From: Azolla caroliniana
Taxonomy: Eukaryota > Plantae > Polypodiophyta
Length of the DNA: 64,000 nt
Reading direction: 5' to 3'
Assembly: GCA_043228905.1 (NCBI GenBank)
Contig: JBHGNT010000010.1
Coordinates: forward strand, 558,001-622,000
Position 1 is the stretch's first letter. Every line of letters begins with the position of its first letter. This document shows positions 61,811 to 64,000 of the stretch, piece by piece. A program made the translations under genes and the position numbers. The notes beneath the pieces are model-generated. The model was given only the letters and a program-made list of their open reading frames with translations, did no database searches and had not been told where the DNA came from.

Positions 61811-64000
61811 CTCACGCGCTCTTCTCAACTCCCTCTTCAAATTTGGTAATTTCTTCATGTCTCTCGACCAGAGTTTCAAAATCTGGATTTTTTAATTCCA
61901 TGTCATAGCTAGTGTTGTTAGCTTCGATACGCATCTCTGAACACTAAAATCCGATATCACATGGGCCAGGTATGAACATTTTAATTTACTCAGGGGCTCT
62001 TCTTAACTCCCTCCTGTATCTTGCCAATTTCATCATGTCTCTCGACCTGAGTTTCAAAATCTTGATTTTTTGATTCTATATCATAGCTAGTGTTGTTAGC
62101 TTCGATTCGCATATTTAAACACTAAAATCCGATATCACATGAGCCAGGTATGAACATTTTAATTTACTCACGCGCTCTTCTCAACTCTCTCCTCAAATTT
62201 GGTAATTTCTTCATGTCTCTCGACCTGAGTCTTCAAATCTTGATTTTTTGATTCTATATCATAGCTAGTGTTGTTAGCTTCGATTCCAATGTATGAACAT
62301 TTTAATTTACTAACGCGCTTTTCTCAACTCCCTCCTCAAATTTGGTAATTTCTTCATGTCTGTCGACTTGAGTTTCAAAACGTGGATTTTTTAATTCCAT
62401 ATTATAGGTAGCGTTGTTAGCTTCGATACGCATCTTTGAACACTAAAATCCGATATCACACGAGCCAGGTATGAACATTTTAATTTAATCACGCGCTCTT
62501 CTCAACGCCCTAATCAAATTTGGTAATTTCTTGATGTCTGTCGATCTGAGTTTCAAAATCTTGATTTTTTGATTCTATATCATATCTAGTGTTATTAGCT
62601 TCGATTCCAATGTTTGAACACAAAAATCCGATATCACACGAGCCACGTATCAACATTTTAATTTACTCACGCGCTCTTCTCAACTCCCTCCTCAAATTTG
62701 GGAATTCCTTCATGTCTCTCGACCTGAGTTTCAAAATCTAGATTTTTAAATTCCATATTATAGGTAGCGTTGTTAGCTTCGATACGCATCCTTGAACACT
62801 AAAATACGATATCACATGGGCCAAGTATGAACATTTTAATTTACCCAGGGGCTCTTCTTAACTCCCTCCTGTCACATGCCAATTTCTTCATGTCTCTTGA
62901 CCTGAGTTTCAAAATCTAATTTTTCTGATTCTATATCATATCTAGTGTTGTTAGCTTCGATTCGCATCTTTGAACACAAAAATCCGATATCACACGAGCC
63001 AGGTATGAACATTTTAATTTAGTCACGCGCTCTTCTCAACTCCCTCCTCCAATTTGGAAATTCCTTCATGTCTTTCGACCTGAGTTTCAAAATCTGGATT
63101 TTTTAATTCCATATTATAGGTAGCGTTGTTAGCTTCGATAGGCATCTTTGAACACTAAAATCCGATATCACATGGGCCAGGTATGAACATTTTAATTTAC
63201 TCAGGGGCTCTTCTTAACTCCCTCCTGTAACTTGCCAATTTCATCATGTCTCTCGACCTGAGTTTCAAAATCTCGATTTCTTAATTCCATCTTATAGGTA
63301 ACGTTCCTAGCTTCGAATCGCATCTTTGAAAACAAAAATCCGGGATCACACGAGCCACGTATGAACATTTTAATTTACTCACGCGCTCTTCTCAACTCCC
63401 TCCTCAAATTTGGTAATTCCGTCATGTCTCTGGACCTGAGTTTCAAAATCTTAATTTTTTAATTCCATATCATATCTAGTGTTGTTAGCTTCGATTCAAT
63501 TGTTTGAACACAAAAATCCTATATCACACGAGCCAAGTATAAACATTTTAATTTAATCACGCGCTCTTCTCAACGCCCTCCTCAAATTTGGTAATTTCTT
63601 CATGTTTGTCGATCTGAGTTTCAAAATCTTGAATTTTTAATTCCATATTATAGCTAACGTTGTTAGCTACGATTCGCATATTTAAACACTAAAATCCGAT
63701 ATCACATGGGCCAGGTATGAACATTTTAATTTACTCACGCGCTCTTCTTAACTCCATCCTCAAAATTTGGTAATTTCCTCATGTCTGTCGACTTGAGTTT
63801 CAAAATCTGGATTTTTTAATTCCAGATTATAGGTAGCGTTGTTAGCTTCGATACGCATCTTTGAACACTAAAATCCGATATCACATGGGCCAGGTATGAA
63901 CATTTTAATTTACTCAAGGGCTCTTCTAACCTCCCTCCTGTAACTTGCCAAGTTCTTCATGTCTCTCGACCTGAGTTTCAAAATCTTGTTTTTTTGATTC

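Larger units (their letters stand above)
1..64000. repeat. Tandem satellite DNA array, 178-bp monomer, ~360 copies, all in the same orientation
   Basis: The motif ACACGAGCCAGGTATGAACATTTTAATTT recurs every 178 bp (e.g. starts at 5883, 6061, 6239; 12003, 12181, 12359) from the first to the last base. No non-satellite sequence or inverted monomer was seen. Near-consensus: acacgagccaggtatgaacattttaatttactcacgcgctcttctcaactccctcttcaaatttggtaatttcttcatgtctctcgacctgagtttcaaaatctcgattttttaattccatattataggtagcgttgttagcttcgattcgcatctttgaacacaaaaatccgatatc. Confidence 0.99.
53471..64000. repeat. Diverged subfamily domain of the same 178-bp satellite, with interspersed 69-bp and 110-bp truncated monomers
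   Basis: The variants ctcaggggct, cttaactccttcc, catatttaaac, aataccatat and ctcttcatgccaatatc are common here and absent or rare before 53.4 kb. Confidence 0.88.

Noticed and set aside
1-64000. CRISPR-like array (conserved repeat plus spacers)
   Set aside because: The sequence between conserved motifs is homologous in every unit rather than unique spacers. The period is 178 bp and there are no cas genes.
1-64000. Transposon insertion, inversion or telomeric repeat
   Set aside because: Every irregular stretch I inspected resolves into same-strand fragments of the monomer. I saw no foreign sequence, terminal repeats or reverse-complement monomers.

Overview
The whole 64 kb window is one uninterrupted, head-to-tail, single-orientation tandem satellite array: roughly 360 copies of a 178-bp monomer of about 37% GC (representative copy 6061-6238). 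This architecture is typical of eukaryotic centromeric/pericentromeric or other heterochromatic satellite DNA. I see no credible gene, RNA gene, transposon or CRISPR array, and every ORF in the track is a by-product of the repeat. I cannot name the satellite family or the organism. The interesting content is the array's internal history: (1) a highly homogeneous 6-monomer higher-order repeat (HOR, 1067/1068 bp, about 7 copies) at about 12.5-20.3 kb; (2) kb-sized sister blocks arranged concentrically on both sides of it; (3) several local 2-, 3-, 5-, 7- and 8-mer duplications; (4) recurrent microhomology-bounded deletion monomers (135, 149, 110 and 69 bp); (5) templated-insertion scars; (6) a newborn 18-bp minisatellite; (7) a switch to a more diverged subfamily after about 53.5 kb. 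Offsets were counted by hand from diagnostic variants, so block edges are approximate.
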